DNA from: Eledone cirrhosa
Taxonomy: Eukaryota
Assembly (NCBI GenBank): GCA_964016885.1
Contig: OZ024744.1
Location: forward strand, 35,960,001-36,024,000
Direction of reading: 5' to 3'
DNA length: 64,000 nucleotides
The notes below the pieces were generated by a model. The model made no database searches. It saw only the letters and a program-made list of their open reading frames with translations, and was not told the DNA's origin. This document shows positions 1-14,261 of this stretch, in pieces (the first letter of the stretch is position 1; every line of letters begins with the position of its first letter). Made by a program: the position numbers and the translations under genes.

Positions 1-390
1 ACCACTTTGGAAGAAGAATCAGGATGGAGAGAGAGGTGCTGTACCACAGCAAGTTTTATGAAAGGTGGGTGAAAGTGGCGAGAATGGCCCGAGGGAATGG
101 GCCTTCTCTCTATATCAGCCTGTAGGTTGAGGAAAAGGAGGAGGAGAGGAAAGGAATACAAGCTCTTCGTACTCCCGGAGATGAGAGTTGCACATTTTTT
201 TTCGGGGGTATGTGTTACCCATATAAACTGTCTCCCTCTATTGGGGAAAATCGACTAACTTTTTAAATTCCATTTGTGATAACATTTTACACGTTTTTAT
301 TGTATGTAAACTTCCCCCTTTGTATTTGTCCCCTTCTTTTGTGCCCCTGTGGCTAATAAAGAAATATATCTATCTATCTATCTATCTATC
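1..390 (+). mobile_element. 3' end of a Tx1/L1-like non-LTR retrotransposon with AATAAA and (TATC)n tail
   Basis: Ends ...GTCCCCTTCTTTTGTGCCCCTGTGGCTAATAAAGAAA then (TATC)n, closely matching the 3' end of the next element (1921-2000). Confidence 0.6.
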
Positions 391-1957
391 TGCTACTTGA
401 CTCCAAGCAGATGTGCGCGGCTTCTCAGCGGCACTTTGCGCGACTATTTGAGAAGAACGACGGTGCACTGAACGGGGCAATGGACTTTGGTTCATACCTC
501 GACGGCCTGCCACGTCTCTCGAGCATGGAAGCCGAGTTCTGCGAAAGACCTATCACAGCCACTGAGAAAAGTTGGAGAAAAACTGGAACGAGGTCATGGC
601 CAAGGTATTTGCGCTCACCCAGAAGTGGGCAGAGTGAAAACTGTCTTTGAAAGATCGAGCAGGGGTTGCGAATACTTTCATAGCGTCCGTCATCTACTAC
701 CGCTTGTCTGTCGTGCCTTGTCCCCGTGAATACCGCACCAAGATGGAACGTATGCTCTTCCAGTTCCAGTGGAAGAAGTAGGCTCCACTGGTGAGGAGAA
801 CCGTCTGCTATCAACACCCTTCCAACGGAGGGCTGGGCATGCCGTGGCTAATGATGCGCAAAGATGCGCGGAGGCTACGGCATCTCCAGGTATTCCTCAC
901 CGACCAACCGGTGTGAGCACCGTTCGTGAGACAGGCCTTCTCACAACTTGTCTCGCTGACAGAGCTGCTGTCCTGGGTCAAACGAAGACCGAAGAAGATG
1001 GGCGCCTGGCACATTGAATGCGCCCAGGCGCTCACAGTCCTCTGTCAAGCGGGCACAGCAATCAGTGGAACTCCACTTCGACATTTTATTGAGGGTTAGT
1101 ACTTTACAAGTGCGACGACGTGCTCGGCGAGACTCTAGGCGCCGAAGACGACGAGCTCACCAGTCTGTTCGGTAGGACTTTCCCCCCAGGACCTATGGAC
1201 AACTTCCAGAGTTCCCTGGCCTGGCAGTACTACCGAGGAGCTCTACCCGTTCGAGATAAGATCTACAGGCACGGATGCCCCGGCAGGGATCCTTCCAAGA
1301 GGATGTGTCCAAGGTGCGAGCAGGACATTGAAACCGTCTTGCACGCAATTGTACACTGCCCGGGCGTAAGCAACCTGTGGAACTATGCAGAACAACTGCT
1401 GTCGCGTATGGGACAAATGCAGTTGACTGCCGAGTCCATAGTAAGGATCAAACCGCCAGCCTCTTTCAAAAACGAAAGAGAGGCGGTTTTCCTCTGTACA
1501 GTGGCTATGGTGAAAGAGGTTATATGGTGGACGAGATTGAGAGGACTGAGAACAGATGCCTTTCTCTCCGGACAACAACCGATTCCCTTCTTTAAGTATC
1601 ATTTTAGAAGGAGAATTAGAGTGGAGAGAGAGGCACTGCACCCCAGTAAATTTACTGAAACGTGGGTGAATGAAGCGAAAATGGCCCGAGTGATTGGGCC
1701 TTCTCTGTATATAAGCCTGTAGGTTAAAGAAGAGAGCAAAAGGAAGAAGAGAGCACCTGCACAACACGCTCCTGAAGTTGAGGGTTGTTCTATTGACGGG
1801 GTATTAAACAACCCATTTGTGGTGTTTCCCCACTTTAGGGATTTCGATTTTTATAATTGTTTGTTTTATATTTTTTTTTACACGACTGTATGTAAAATCC
1901 CCGGCATGTGTCTGTGTATTGTCCCCTTTTCATGTGCGCCCTTGTGGCAAATAAAGA

Positions 1958-2009
<52 letters not shown>

Positions 2010-2010
2010 C
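391..2010 (+). mobile_element. Decayed, internally deleted Tx1/L1-like non-LTR retrotransposon
   Basis: GC-rich block with ORF2 C-terminal remnants; 3' end CTTGTGGCAAATAAAGAA followed by (TCTA)n. Confidence 0.7.
1120..1722 (+). pseudogene. ORF2 C-terminal zinc-knuckle (zf-RVT-like) region of an L1/Tx1-type element
   Basis: W..YRGALPVRDK...CPRCEQDIETVLHAIVHCP...LW matches the CX2C-X7-8-H-X4-C motif at L1/Tx1 ORF2 C-termini. Confidence 0.75.
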
Positions 2011-2021
2011 TCTATCTATCC

Positions 2022-2141
<120 letters not shown>

Positions 2142-2715
2142 GAATAATCGAGTATCGAAAAATCGGCGCACGAGTTCACGATAAACAAAATTCGACATGA
2201 GTGGCAGAGGGCTCAATAATTCAGATAAATCAGAGCTATAACTATCGTTAAAATACCAACACACATAGATTATGTCTAAAATCAACCATACGACCGAAAA
2301 AATACGATCAGGAAGATTCGGGTCACTCAGATAAAATATCAATAAATCAATAAATCATATGAATGTAAAAAGCTTACCCGGACCCACTAGAAAGATGGTA
2401 AATCTAGCTTCTTGGGTTTCTGTAAATCCTTAAATCGCCCACTATCAGCCCACATACAAATATATAAGACTTCTAGAGAGCGGCGGACAGGAAATACTTT
2501 ATCAACGAGCTTTGTCCAAACGAATAAAAAAGCCAACCCTAGCTGAAAACGCACATGGAATCCAGCAAGGGAGATAACCTCTATATCCGCGAAAAATATT
2601 CGGGAATGTGGAAAATCACATATCGAATAAGAGTGCTCAATAGACATGTTAAAATAAACAGGAGCTATTCATCATTTAATAGAATCGACAAAAAATGAAC
2701 AATAAAATTAACTGG

Positions 2716-4780
2716 TCAATAGCTAAGTCTAGAGCTAAATATAGTCATTAACATCATTTCACCATCAAGTTCCCCTATCTTGTGCAACCAGGCGTTTTCG
2801 CAGTCGTATTCGTCACTGGCCTTTGCCTTCAATGATGTGTAGCAGGATCGCAGTTTTGTGAGGTGTCCTATCATTTTTTTCGAAGTTTTGTTTGTCTGTC
2901 TCTTGTTCAAACCCTCCTCAACTGTTTCCTGAAGGATGGTTTTAGACGGAGACGTTGTGGGATATAGCAAGTGCGATTACGCTTTTTTCGCAATCAAGGC
3001 TATATGTTTTATGCTGTTCGTACGGAATGCGTAACAGCCTTTCAAAACATTTGTGCTTGAATGCCTGGATTCTTCCTTTCATATCAACTATACGAGTTCA
3101 GCTCTCACATTCATGACGAATGAAAATCAATCAAAGTCACCAAGAACGTGCTTGCAAATCTAATGGAGTTGCTTTTCCATATGATGCTCAGCTTCGTTAT
3201 GGCAGAAGATGGCAAGATGAGTTTTGTCATTATCTCCTTTTGAGATCTGTCATCCTTGGTAAACGTAGACCCTAGAAGTTTTTCTCTGTTCACCATGATG
3301 TTGGTTTTAGTATTCTGGTTATGATTATTAACCGGACTCTTGCTCTTTTCTGAGCTGATCTCTGCTCCATATGCCCCTAACACTTTTTCCAGCCCAGTGG
3401 TGAGCTCCTAGAGTCCTGATTCCCTGCTTTCGGTTAAAATGGAGGTGTGGAAATCTTGGGGAGTCTCTTGCATTATGTTCTCCAGGAAATGTTGAAAGCA
3501 CTGGCGAAAGGATATATCCTTGTCGAACTACCACTTTTGTTCTGAATTATGCTACGATGTTGTTATTCAAAAGAACCGCACTGTCTGAGTAGTTAGACAC
3601 TGCTTTAATTAATTAAATGAAGTTGTTGTCGAGATTGTAATTCTTCACCACCTGCTACGAACCCTCATGCTAAATACGGCCAAAGGCGTTTTGAAGTTGA
3701 TGAAGTTATGATAGTGGTCAGATTGATACTGCAGGTGTTTCTCAGTGAGCAATCTAGTGTTAAATATCTGCTGTGTTGTACTTCTTTAGGGCCTGAATCC
3801 TGTCTGTTCTTCTGTAAGAAATCCTTTTGTCTTCCCCTTAAGTCTGTTTATAAGACCCCTTAGCAATACTTTACTGGGGCGGCTAATTAGACTGATAACT
3901 CTGCAGTTCTGGCAGAATCTTTTAGGGAATGGGCATCATCAGTGATTGGGTTCATTCCTTTGGCTACTTCATTGCTACCCGTATCTTTTGACAGGTAACT
4001 GAGAGTGCCTTGATAAATTTGAGCCCTTCTTGTTTTAGGAACTCTGATATATGTTATTCACTCCTGGTGATTCAATCCATCTTTGAGTATGCGCACCTGG
4101 AAAATTGTAACCTCAAGTCCCCTATTCTAGTTGGTGGAATAGTCCTGGATGTCAACGTCATATCTAAGTTTGTGGTTATAAAGTTCTTCGCAATACTCAC
4201 ACCATATTTTGTTGAGATTAGTCACATCTTTGAAGAGCAATCCCGTTTTGTCCTTAGTATTGTTTGTTTTTGTTTTGTTGGCTTATTTCCGTCTGAACTT
4301 TCACAGTTATATTGCTGTCTTGCCTCCTAAACCGTTAGATTGGTCTCCCTCATATCCTGTAATAAATCATATAGGTTTAATATGTCATTAGTAGCTCATG
4401 GTTCCTGTTTCTTCACTTCTAGAGCTGTTTCATGAAGTAGTTCCTTGATATTGTCAGTCGGGGAGTTTATATTCTCTTCTAGAAGTTTGTGGGCTGCAAA
4501 CCTACCACCTAAGTTCGACTCAAACATTATTCAAACTTTGGGATCTTTTAATTTCTTTACCTGAAATTTAATACACGTGGCTCCTTTCTTATGAATCGTT
4601 TTTTGCTTAAGATTCAGTAGCATCGGAACCAAATCATGATCATTATTGACATCTGTACCAGGGAAAGTACGAATCTTATTTTTATTGATACTCGACTTGA
4701 ACTTTTGAGGCTTGATGATGAAGTTCATTCCACAAGCATCAGAGTGCGGACGTCCCACGTCTCAAAGTTTGTATTTTATT
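2716..4780 (-). mobile_element. Old degraded RTE-like LINE (APE + RT remnants)
   Basis: Minus-strand fragments: RTFPGTDVNNDHDLV (APE C-terminal motif), VRQGYILSP (RT motif), LGSTFTKDDRSQKEI (thumb region); many stops and frameshifts. Confidence 0.7.
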
Positions 4781-5609
4781 TGGGGAATTTAATGGTTTTT
4801 GATATTGGTACCATTGTTGTTGTCATTGTCTTATTTGCACATTCATTGCTTCTGCTCTGGGAAATAGAGGTAGAGAATGCAGCTGCTGCTTTTCCGGTAC
4901 TTCACCGATCCGGCATGTCATTTTTTAATGTGTGTATATCATGGCATTTTAGTGGGTCTTAAAAATGCTTAGCGGGGCCCACCTTCTCTTCAAACGTACA
5001 GACCTTTCCTGAGTTTAGCTTGCTAGCAGACAGGAGTGTGACTGAAAGGTTTTTTGCGTCTATAGGGACTGTCAACACAGACCAGTGTACCAGTGTACTC
5101 GTTTATTCCTAAGGATGCCGCTGTCAGATACCAAAATATTCTCTCCACCCGAAAACCCTATATGCACAAACACATATCTATATATTGTTATTAAATAGAC
5201 TATATTCAAGTGAGATAGAGTAAAGAAAAGAAAATGAACTCCTAAAACAGTGTAAAAAATAATTTGATGGTTCTTGGTGGTATTGTTGCATATAATAGTG
5301 GTGGTGGGGTGAGGGTGGTGGTGGTGGTGGTGAGTACGATACGGAAATAACTTTAAAAACCTTATGATCGTTAGAGATACAGATCGAATAAGAGAAACAA
5401 GAATAAATAATTGATCCAAAGTTTGAAAACCATTTTTATATGACATATTGCAATATATAAGAATCTATAAGTAAATATATTTAGGATCTTCCAATTGTTG
5501 TATACAATAACACAATAAAATAACCATCGACTTGAACTCTAATAGCCAATCAGCCAATTAAATTTGTTTGAAAATAAAACGATTTGAACGAACATGAGGA
5601 TGTGTGAAC

Positions 5610-5825
5610 CTGATTTCCGGCAGCGCGTTGTGTCATTTCCCAGTTCATTCAACTGGAAAATAAAATGAGTTGTGCCTGTAAATCAAGACACAACCCGTAT
5701 CATGCTGAATCACCCTGAAAACTATGTTAAGGGCACACGTTTTTATGGAGTGCTCAGTCACTTGCACATTAATTTCATGAGGAAATTGTTCTGTTGATCA
5801 AACAACTGGAAGACCCTTCGTTGAC
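5610..5825 (+). mobile_element. SINE-like repeat ending in an (AAC/AGC)n tail
   Basis: AACTATGTTAAGGGCACACGT...GGAGTGCTCAGTCACTTGCACATTAATTTCA resembles an octopus SINE as I recall it; followed by a simple-repeat tail. Confidence 0.45.
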
Positions 5826-5874
5826 AATAACAACATCATCATCAACATCAACGCCATCAACAGTAACAACAACA

Positions 5875-5913
<39 letters not shown>

Positions 5914-6320
5914 ATATTTATATATCTTTTAGAATGGTGAGAATAAACCTGTGAAGAGTACCTGAGTCTTATATGGTTTAATCATAATCGATAGTTTGTC
6001 TTCGATGATCGAATATACTGATTGATTTTTTTTTCTTCGATGATCTATTACATAGATCGATTCTTAGCCATACCTTCCAGGTATGAAATAGCGCTATAAG
6101 GTTTCACTTACCATTCTATCTGTGTACATATTTTCTATAGAATATGTATTCGGTATATATATACAATATACTGTATTTCTCTTACGATATATAGCTCTTT
6201 CTATATTTATACATATATCTTTTAATTTGGTTATTATGGCTCAAGATAAAGTCTATTCAGCTTGCTTATTGAGAAACACAAAATTCTGAACATACCTGTT
6301 ATGTTTTGATTTATGATTTG

Positions 6321-6362
<42 letters not shown>

Positions 6363-6367
<5 letters not shown>

Positions 6368-6527
6368 TTAAGGATACTATTTATGGTTATGTATATACCA
6401 ACACTTTTTATAGTTATATATATTTTAAACCCTAAACAGTGAAAGACAGTAATTTATTACTACCTTATTACCAGTAAGATAAATAGCTCAATGTAATAAA
6501 ATCAGTTGTTCTACAGAGCAGTTATAT
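6363..6527. repeat. Dispersed ~165-bp repeat abutting (TA)n; second copy at ~50132-50300
   Basis: Shared TACTATTTATGGTTATG...AAACCCTAAA...CTTATTACCAGTAAG...TAGCTCAATGTAA...TACAGAGCAGTTATAT. Confidence 0.7.
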
Positions 6528-7371
6528 AGAAATTACATGAATCAAAGTTCTGTTCAAACCATTTATTAGCTTACAATTGTTTCGTCCAAACCGAGGTTTG
6601 GAGTCTTCGGAGCAATTTTTCAATGATTGTTTACATACATGACCTCCTTTCCAACACAAGAGACATACAGAAACATATGTATATATCGATGCACAGTGGG
6701 GTGATATCCATTATAATATTTTAGCATGGCAATTTACATTCAAAAATTAAAATCATATTAAAAGAAAACAAAATTAAAGTTAAAATACAACATCGGCAGT
6801 TTACGAAGATAATGCAAGAGGATAGTTTGAAGTAGTTAGTGTATGCAATAGTTACACGTGGGGCATGCACGTGTGTCTTATTTATATAAGATTATAGTGC
6901 GGCAAGGTGTTATATGCAATACAAGCACTTTAAGCGGGCAATCAAGAGTATTATGGGGGTTGTATTGGTAAAGTATTTTTTATGTATGATAAAGAAGCTG
7001 CTTTATCATACATAAAAAATAAGACACACGTGTATGCCCCACGTTAACTATTGCATACACTAACTACTTCAAACTATCCTCTTGCATTATCTTCGTAAAC
7101 TGCCGATGTTGTATTTTAACTTTAATTTTGTTTTCTTTTAATATGATTTTAATTTTTGAATGTAAATTGCCATGCTAAAATATTATAATGGATGTCACCC
7201 CACTGTGCATCGATATATACATATGTTTCTGTATGTCTCTTGTGTTGGAAAGGAGGTCATGTATGTAAACAACCATTGAAAAATTGCTCCGAAGACTCAA
7301 AACCTCGGTTTGGACGAAACAATTGTAAGCTAATAAATGGTTTGAACAGAACTTTGATTCATGTAATTTCT
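6528..7371. repeat. Long inverted repeat (arms ~6528-6884 and ~7015-7371), PLE pLTR-like
   Basis: Arms are near-exact reverse complements; a small hairpin lies in the spacer (~6975-7020); each arm has a hammerhead followed by AATAAA. Confidence 0.9.
7286..7330 (+). ncRNA. Minimal type I hammerhead ribozyme (mirror copy at 6569-6613 on -)
   Basis: GCT-CCGAAGA-C-TC(C/A)AAACC-TC-GGTTTGGA-C-GAAAC-AATT-GTA-AGC; U4C core variant, palindromic stem III loop. Confidence 0.7.
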
Positions 7372-7787
7372 CTCTCTATATATATGTCCAAAATCACCCT
7401 CCTCACTTTATCGTATGCTAAATACATGTGCTTTTGCACACGGTTACTTCCTGCATTCTAGTTCATACTCATGGCGCTAGAAATAACAGCCGTTTATATG
7501 GGATTACGAATTCAGCTCTACCGGGGGAGCAGTTTGTATAATATAATTTAGAGTTTACACTCAGGGGTCAATTACAATTATTCAGCTCTAATAAAGAAGC
7601 ATTTCTGAGCAGTACAATATAAGTTAATATAAATAAATATATGATCAACACTTATGTGTTTTTACTGTAAATTGACAATTAATTTACTAGAATGAAATAT
7701 CTTAATTCAAATACATATAGTCTGCCTGTATCGATCTAAAAAATAATATATCTATACTCACAGACGTATATCGGCAATGGCCTGGTA

Positions 7788-7871
<84 letters not shown>

Positions 7872-7922
7872 CACATATATATACGGGTTGTGACAATCGC
7901 AGAAATTTACATATATATATAT

Positions 7923-8107
7923 GAAAAGAGTCAGGACCCCGACGAAAGAGCTCCGGCCGTTTCGACGGCTAGGGATCTAGCCGTCGAAACGGCGTGAGCT
8001 CTGCCGTCCGGGTCCTGACTCTTTTCCCATTACCCACTCTACTACCCTAAGTATCGGGTACTCTGGTGAGTTATGGTCCACCTGGTATCTTACCACACAA
8101 TCTTTGA
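7923..8107. mobile_element. Asymmetric fold-back element, family F1 (hairpin 7923-8026)
   Basis: Hairpin centred on GACGGCTAG-GGAT-CTAGCCGTC; related copies at 16217, 22923 and 31560; flanked by (TA)n. Confidence 0.8.
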
Positions 8108-8611
8108 TATATATTTATATATATATTTATAAATGTTCTGCAATTCTGTCACAACCCGTAAGAAGAGAGGAGTAGTTTGACTACCCCATATCACACCTCT
8201 CACTTTACGTCTGCTGCCTGCGTCAATGTATATGTCTATAAAAGGAAGAAAGAGGAAACGTTTCTGTGTTTACGCGTTTATATTTATATACTCAAACATA
8301 AATGTATGACTATGCTCATACATACAAGCCTACATACATACACATACGCGGCAGCGTATGGAAAAAACATTCTAATATATTGTATTGTGTATAAACCGAA
8401 GTTGTAGCCGACATAAAGTAGGTTTTTATCGTCGTTGTATGTATGGCCACTGGCTTCAGTTGTCTTGTTTTTTGTTGTCACACTTTTTAACTATTTTTTA
8501 TATATATATATGTATATATTAAAGAGTTAAACAAGATTCAATGAGTACATCAAAGAATGAGTTTTACAGTAGATTGGAAGCACTCTACAGCAAAATATTT
8601 TCCAGAGTTAT

Positions 8612-8951
<340 letters not shown>

Positions 8952-8977
8952 ATGAACTCCAATATCAAAGTATTAGA

Positions 8978-9231
8978 ATTCGTAGGAAAATGGAAAAACT
9001 CGGCTTATTAACAGCAAAATGCCGTCGAAGTGGTGTTCGGTAAAACATTTCCCCGAAGGAGCTGGACGTGAGTTGACTCGAAGAAATGATAGGACGGAAG
9101 AAATAGAATGGATGAGAAGAGTTCGCACACATTAAAATTCGCTCATCAGATTTCAGACCCTCTGTAGTTTCAACGATTTATCTGAAATTAACACCTTCCA
9201 TACGCCGAGCTTTTCCATTTTCCTGCGAATA
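8978..9231. repeat. Insert bounded by ~30-bp imperfect inverted repeats
   Basis: ATTCGTAGGAAAATGGAAAAACTCGGC ... GCCGAGCTTTTCCATTTTCCTGCGAAT. Confidence 0.65.
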
Positions 9232-9327
9232 TGTATATATATATACACACACACACATATATATATATATGTGTGCATATATATATATGTGTGTGTGTGT
9301 GTGTATGTGTATGTATGTGCGTATACA

Positions 9328-9480
9328 TAATTGTTTCTACTTGAGGCACAAGGCCAGCAATTATCCCAGTGCATTACTAGTACTTTATTTTATCGACCCC
9401 GTAAGGATAAAAGACAAAGTTAAAGGGCCGTGACTGTATGATGCAAAGCATGGCGTCAGACCCTCTACCGATACTGTTAA
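9328..9480 (-). mobile_element. tRNA-derived SINE, family S (internally deleted copy)
   Basis: ATAATTGTTTCTACTT..GGCACAAGGCCAGCAATT..CCCAGTGCATTACT.GTACTTTATTTTATCGACCCCGTAAGGAT is repeated at least 7 times in the window. Confidence 0.8.
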
Positions 9481-10532
9481 TTTAACAAAGGCTTTAGTAT
9501 ATTATTTCAAAATACCAAGAATAATGTGTATTACGATACCTCTCTAATACTCTTATATTAGTAGGAATTGCTTGCTCTAATCATTATTGACGAAAATGTA
9601 GATGGCTGAAAAACTTATAATATTTGTTTAAATACTTCTACTTCACTATTCGTGAGTATTTGTTATCATAGAACAACTAATAAGAATATCTCTCTCACTT
9701 TACCCACACAGACAGACACCGACGCCCCTTCCCCACATACACACATATACAAATATATATGCATGTCAATAAAATGTTTCTAATGGACATTAAAAAATAT
9801 AATGTACGAAGATTAAAAATTAAAATTAAAATTATATTGATGAAAAATGTTAAGCAGCCAGTTATTCCCACTATAAAATATCTAATTATCAAAACTGGTT
9901 AGAAACATTAAGTGAACTATTAATTTTAATTTGATTTGTTTGTAATATGATATTATACTTAAAATATTGAATTTTTGGTGTACGCAGTCACAGAAGCACA
10001 GATTTACGGTTGCTATTTAGTCGATTAAATCGATCTCAGTACTTGAACAGTAGTTTCTTTATTGACACCAGTGAGATGAATGACAAAAAGGAAATCCAGT
10101 GGGATTTGAATTCAAAATGAAAAACGTTGCATAACTAAAACCTATAAAACATCGAATCATTAGCGCTTTGGTCACTCTGTTATTCTTTATATTTCATTAA
10201 AACGTTTCGTTAGTCCTTCGAAATAAGGCTTTCTACGTTACACACAAGGCTTTCTACAATAGACACAAGGCCAACCATTTTGTGACAGGGGATAATCAAT
10301 TAAATCAGCCACAGTTTTGACTGGTATTATTTCGACACCAAATGTATGATCGGAATTCGAACACAGAATATTAAAAAAGATAGTAATTGAATACCTGAGA
10401 GTATATTTATCCTCCACCCTAATTAGACTGCCAATCCAATTCGTAGTTCCAAGTTCGATTGCAAAGCATGGCACCTTTCTAGATGGAAACTAAAATAGCT
10501 CGACGTGTATGTATGTGTGTATGTATGTATGT

Positions 10533-12965
10533 TCTTCTGGTTCTATGATTTCACAAATGTTTACCAATAGAGAGAGAGAGTCGGTTTCTAACATAGACAC
10601 AAGACTTTCTCATTGGAATTTACACAACATCAACTAGGTAGATATGTATGTATGTCTGCATGCATGTGTAGATATGGATGTTATTGTATGTATGGATGTG
10701 TATGTTTTGAGTTGTATGTGTGCATGGGTATATGCTTAGTATCTGTACATGTGTATATGCAGTTATTAGATGCAAAATGTTTGGAATGTTTTACATATTT
10801 TTACTGTTCAATTAATGGATTGTAGTTGTAATTTCCAAGCTAGTTGTGTTCTTTCTGTTCCTGTGAAGCCCAGCTTCTCAAGATTTGTATTGAGGCAGTT
10901 ACTAACATATCCCAGTGCCCCAATGATCACAGGCATAAATCTGAAGGTGTAATCAGGGTGGAGTATCTGCAGATTTCTCATCAGTTCTGCATAAATATTT
11001 TCCTTTTCGCTAATCTTTGATATTATATTAGCATCTGCTGGGCACCTGATTGTTACTACTGTGCATGTTTTCTTCTCCCTGTCCCATATCATAATATCTG
11101 GTCTGTTATACCTGAATTTTATTAGGGTTTTTACTGGAACATTCCACCAGTACTCTATCATCGTATGTACATGGATGTCTTCCACATTGCTGTAGCTTTT
11201 AATGTGTTTATTATCGGGGCTATCTTTATACGAACTGCATTGTACAGTGTTTTGGTCACTACATCATGCCTCATAGGTAGATAGTACCGTGATGACATCT
11301 TTGGACAGCTGCTTATGACATGGGTGATATCCTCGATGTTAATTCTGCAGAGTCTGCACTTGTTATCACATCTAGGTGTTTTGCCTGTATTCCTATCTCT
11401 TTTGTGAATCAGGTATTTTGTGTTGATTTCCTGTTCTTGCATTGCAAAAGTGTATCCTTCATAGTGGAAGCCAATATAGCGGTTGTTGGTCCAAGATAGA
11501 CTACTTTCTTTATCTATATTACTCTCACTCTGGAGCTTCCTGGCAACATATCCATGCATGATTTTTTGCTGATAGGCATGCAATTTTTCATCCATGGATT
11601 CACTGCGATACTGCTGAGCGACATCCCTGGGTGTGAGTTTTTGATTATCACACAGGGAATATCTCTCAAGGAGTTCCTTCCCAACTCTCATGATCTTATC
11701 TGTTTCATGCAGATAGACTTGATCGAGAGATGGGCTCCTACGCTTCGAGGTTCGTAGATGTTGTCGGAGAGATATGACGCGACATTCAAATGTTGTCTGG
11801 ACTGATGTTAGGCCTCTGCCTCCCTGCTTACGTTTCAAGTAAAGGCGGTCCATGTCACACTTGATGTGGAAGTTACCGGTGTTGTTCAGTATTTTTCGTG
11901 TTCCAACATCAACTGCTCGGATTTCGTCTATCGTCCAATTGAGTATTCCAAACGTTGGTGTTAGGACAGGCACAGCAAACACATTGTGAGCCACTGTTTT
12001 GCTTTTGCGCAGAGAGTTCCGATGACCATATCCTTCTTAATCGGGGGTAGTATTCCCTGGTTACGCGTTCCTTATTACAGATACCATTATAGGATATGTT
12101 CTCATCTATCCCCAGGTATCTGTAACAGTCCTCATCAGATATCGGTGAAACAGTTAGACCATTGATGACAATGTTGCTAGATTGGGTTGTTGTTTTTCCC
12201 CGCTTTACAGTCATGTATGAGCATTTATCTTGGCCAAACTCCATTCCTATATCTTTTGAGACTGTTGTAACCAGGTCAAGATTTTTCTTCATCCCATCCA
12301 TGTTTTTGGCATAGAGTTTCAGATCATCCACAAAGAAATTATGGGTTAGGTTCGTATTTCTGTCCTCCTGTGAGCCAATGATGTATCTTTAACATTTCTT
12401 GAGCAGAAAGGATAAGGGGTTTAATGACAGTATGAATAATATCACAGAGAGACTGTCTCTCTGAAATATACCCCTGCGATATTTTATTTTATCAGTGAAA
12501 ATATAGTCCTCCTTCTCTGTCTTTAACTTTAGGATAGTATCCCAAGAAGAAGACAGCCTCTCTATGGCTCTGACAATAATGTCTGGGACTTAAGCAAGTT
12601 GTAGGGTCTCTATCATCCAAGAGTGGGGAACAGAATCGAAAGCTTTCCTGTAGTCCAGCCAGACTGTAGCCATATTCCCCCTAAGTTGTCGCACCTCCGA
12701 CATCGCAGTTTTGTTGATTAGGAGTTGTTCAGCACATCCCCAAACACCTTTCTTTCCAGCTGCTTGTTCATCTGTGATGATGTTATTATTTTTACAGTGA
12801 TCTTGGAAGAATAGGTTCAGGCAGGCTGTATATACATCTTATACGTCAGGTTCTGGCATGCAATGGGTCAGTAGTTGTTTGCCAAGTGGGTGTCTTTGTT
12901 CTTGGGGACCAGTAATGTTTGTGCTAATGTCAAACATTCAGGTATAAGTCTATCTCCCTTAAGAA
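10533..12965 (-). mobile_element. 5'-truncated R4/Dong-like non-LTR retrotransposon (RT + CCHC + restriction-like endonuclease), frameshifted
   Basis: WLDYRKAFDSVPH, GIFQRDSLS, FFVDDLKLYA (RT); CRLC..EDITHVISSCP, RHD, RPDIMIWD, PVIIGALG (RLE). The 3' end abuts (CATA)n. Confidence 0.85.
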
Positions 12966-13042
12966 CTTGTTGGTAGAGGCCGGTAAGATACCCCCGATAG
13001 AATATCAGTCTTTTTGTACCAGTAGCCGACAATCATGTCTCT

Positions 13043-13207
13043 GTATGTATGTATGTATGTATGTATGTATGTATGTATGTATGTATGTATGTATGTATGT
13101 ATGTATGTATGTATGCATGTATGCATGTATGTATGTATGTATGTATGTATGTATGTATGTATGTATGTATGTATGTATGTATGTATGTATGTATGTATGT
13201 ATGTATG
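13043..13207. repeat. (TATG)n microsatellite
   Basis: Direct reading; a second tract lies at ~14143-14260. Confidence 0.95.
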
Positions 13208-13640
13208 TCAGGTCACCAGTTGGTGCTACTGGTAACATGTATCTCAGTACAACCTGTCTCATGGTCGGGTCGTTGGCGACTAAACTGGCAACCCCACCAA
13301 GGTTTCTTGGTGAGGAGGGTGGCTTTGGACATCCTGCAGGACTAAAAACAAAACCTGTCAAATGACAAAGGAGCTCTTAAGAGTTAATGGCCATCCAAAA
13401 TCACTGGGAGAGATGACCCCTTAGCCTTTGTCAAGGCAGAATTCTAGGAGAAGGAAAACTCTGATATAACACCTGCAACCCTGATGGTATCCAGTGATGT
13501 TGACTTGTTCTTCTTTTTGGTAAATATCATCTTGGTTAAGAGAGTGGGACTGCCTTTGTGCAGTGCCTTTGCTCACTATAAAAGCTTCACGGCACAGGCA
13601 TTGCTTTATATCTGGAGATCTCTCTGCACTTGTCGTCACA
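13208..13640 (+). mobile_element. Dispersed ~430-bp repeat (relatives at ~43671-44085 and ~51880-52135), possibly RTE 5'-UTR-derived or SINE-like
   Basis: Shared GTCAGGTC..TGGTAACATG..AACCTGTCTCATGGTC..GGCGACTAAAC..CCCCACCAAG and TAGGAGAAGGAAAACTCTGA motifs. Confidence 0.6.
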
Positions 13641-14261
13641 TGGTACTATAGAGAAGATACTGGGTTGTATGAATGTAACAAAACGAGGCATGGTTTGTGT
13701 GTATAATATTTAATCAACAATTTAACAGTATAGTTGACATGTCAATGAAATAAACGAAAGAATGAAGCAAAGTTAGTAGTTACCGTTTTGATTGCCAGGC
13801 AAACGCGAGACGCCTGGCGAAGGCCAGGCGCCGGAACGGCAAATGAGAGAGAGAGAGCCGAAGGCTATTCGTTTTATAGGGCTCTGACCGGAAGTTACAG
13901 AAAGGATTCTACTTCCCGTCTAGATGTTAATCTATTGGGGTTGTGAGTCACAAGGGAGACAACCGCTACAGTACCATGGGCCCAGCACTATGTGTCAATA
14001 ATTGTCACAAGTGTAGTGTTTGTACCAGAGTTCTCAAGTCGCTGGCTGGACTAAAAAGTCACACTCGTTCAGCGCATCGGTAGGAGTTCTCCTACATGGA
14101 TATAAACTAGTGGCCGTACTCGAAAACGAGTTGGCAGCCACCATGTATGTATGTATGTATGTATGTATGTATGTATGTATGTATGTATGTATGTATGTAT
14201 GTATGTATGTATGTATGTATGTGTGTATGTGTGAATGTATGTATATATGTATATATGTATG

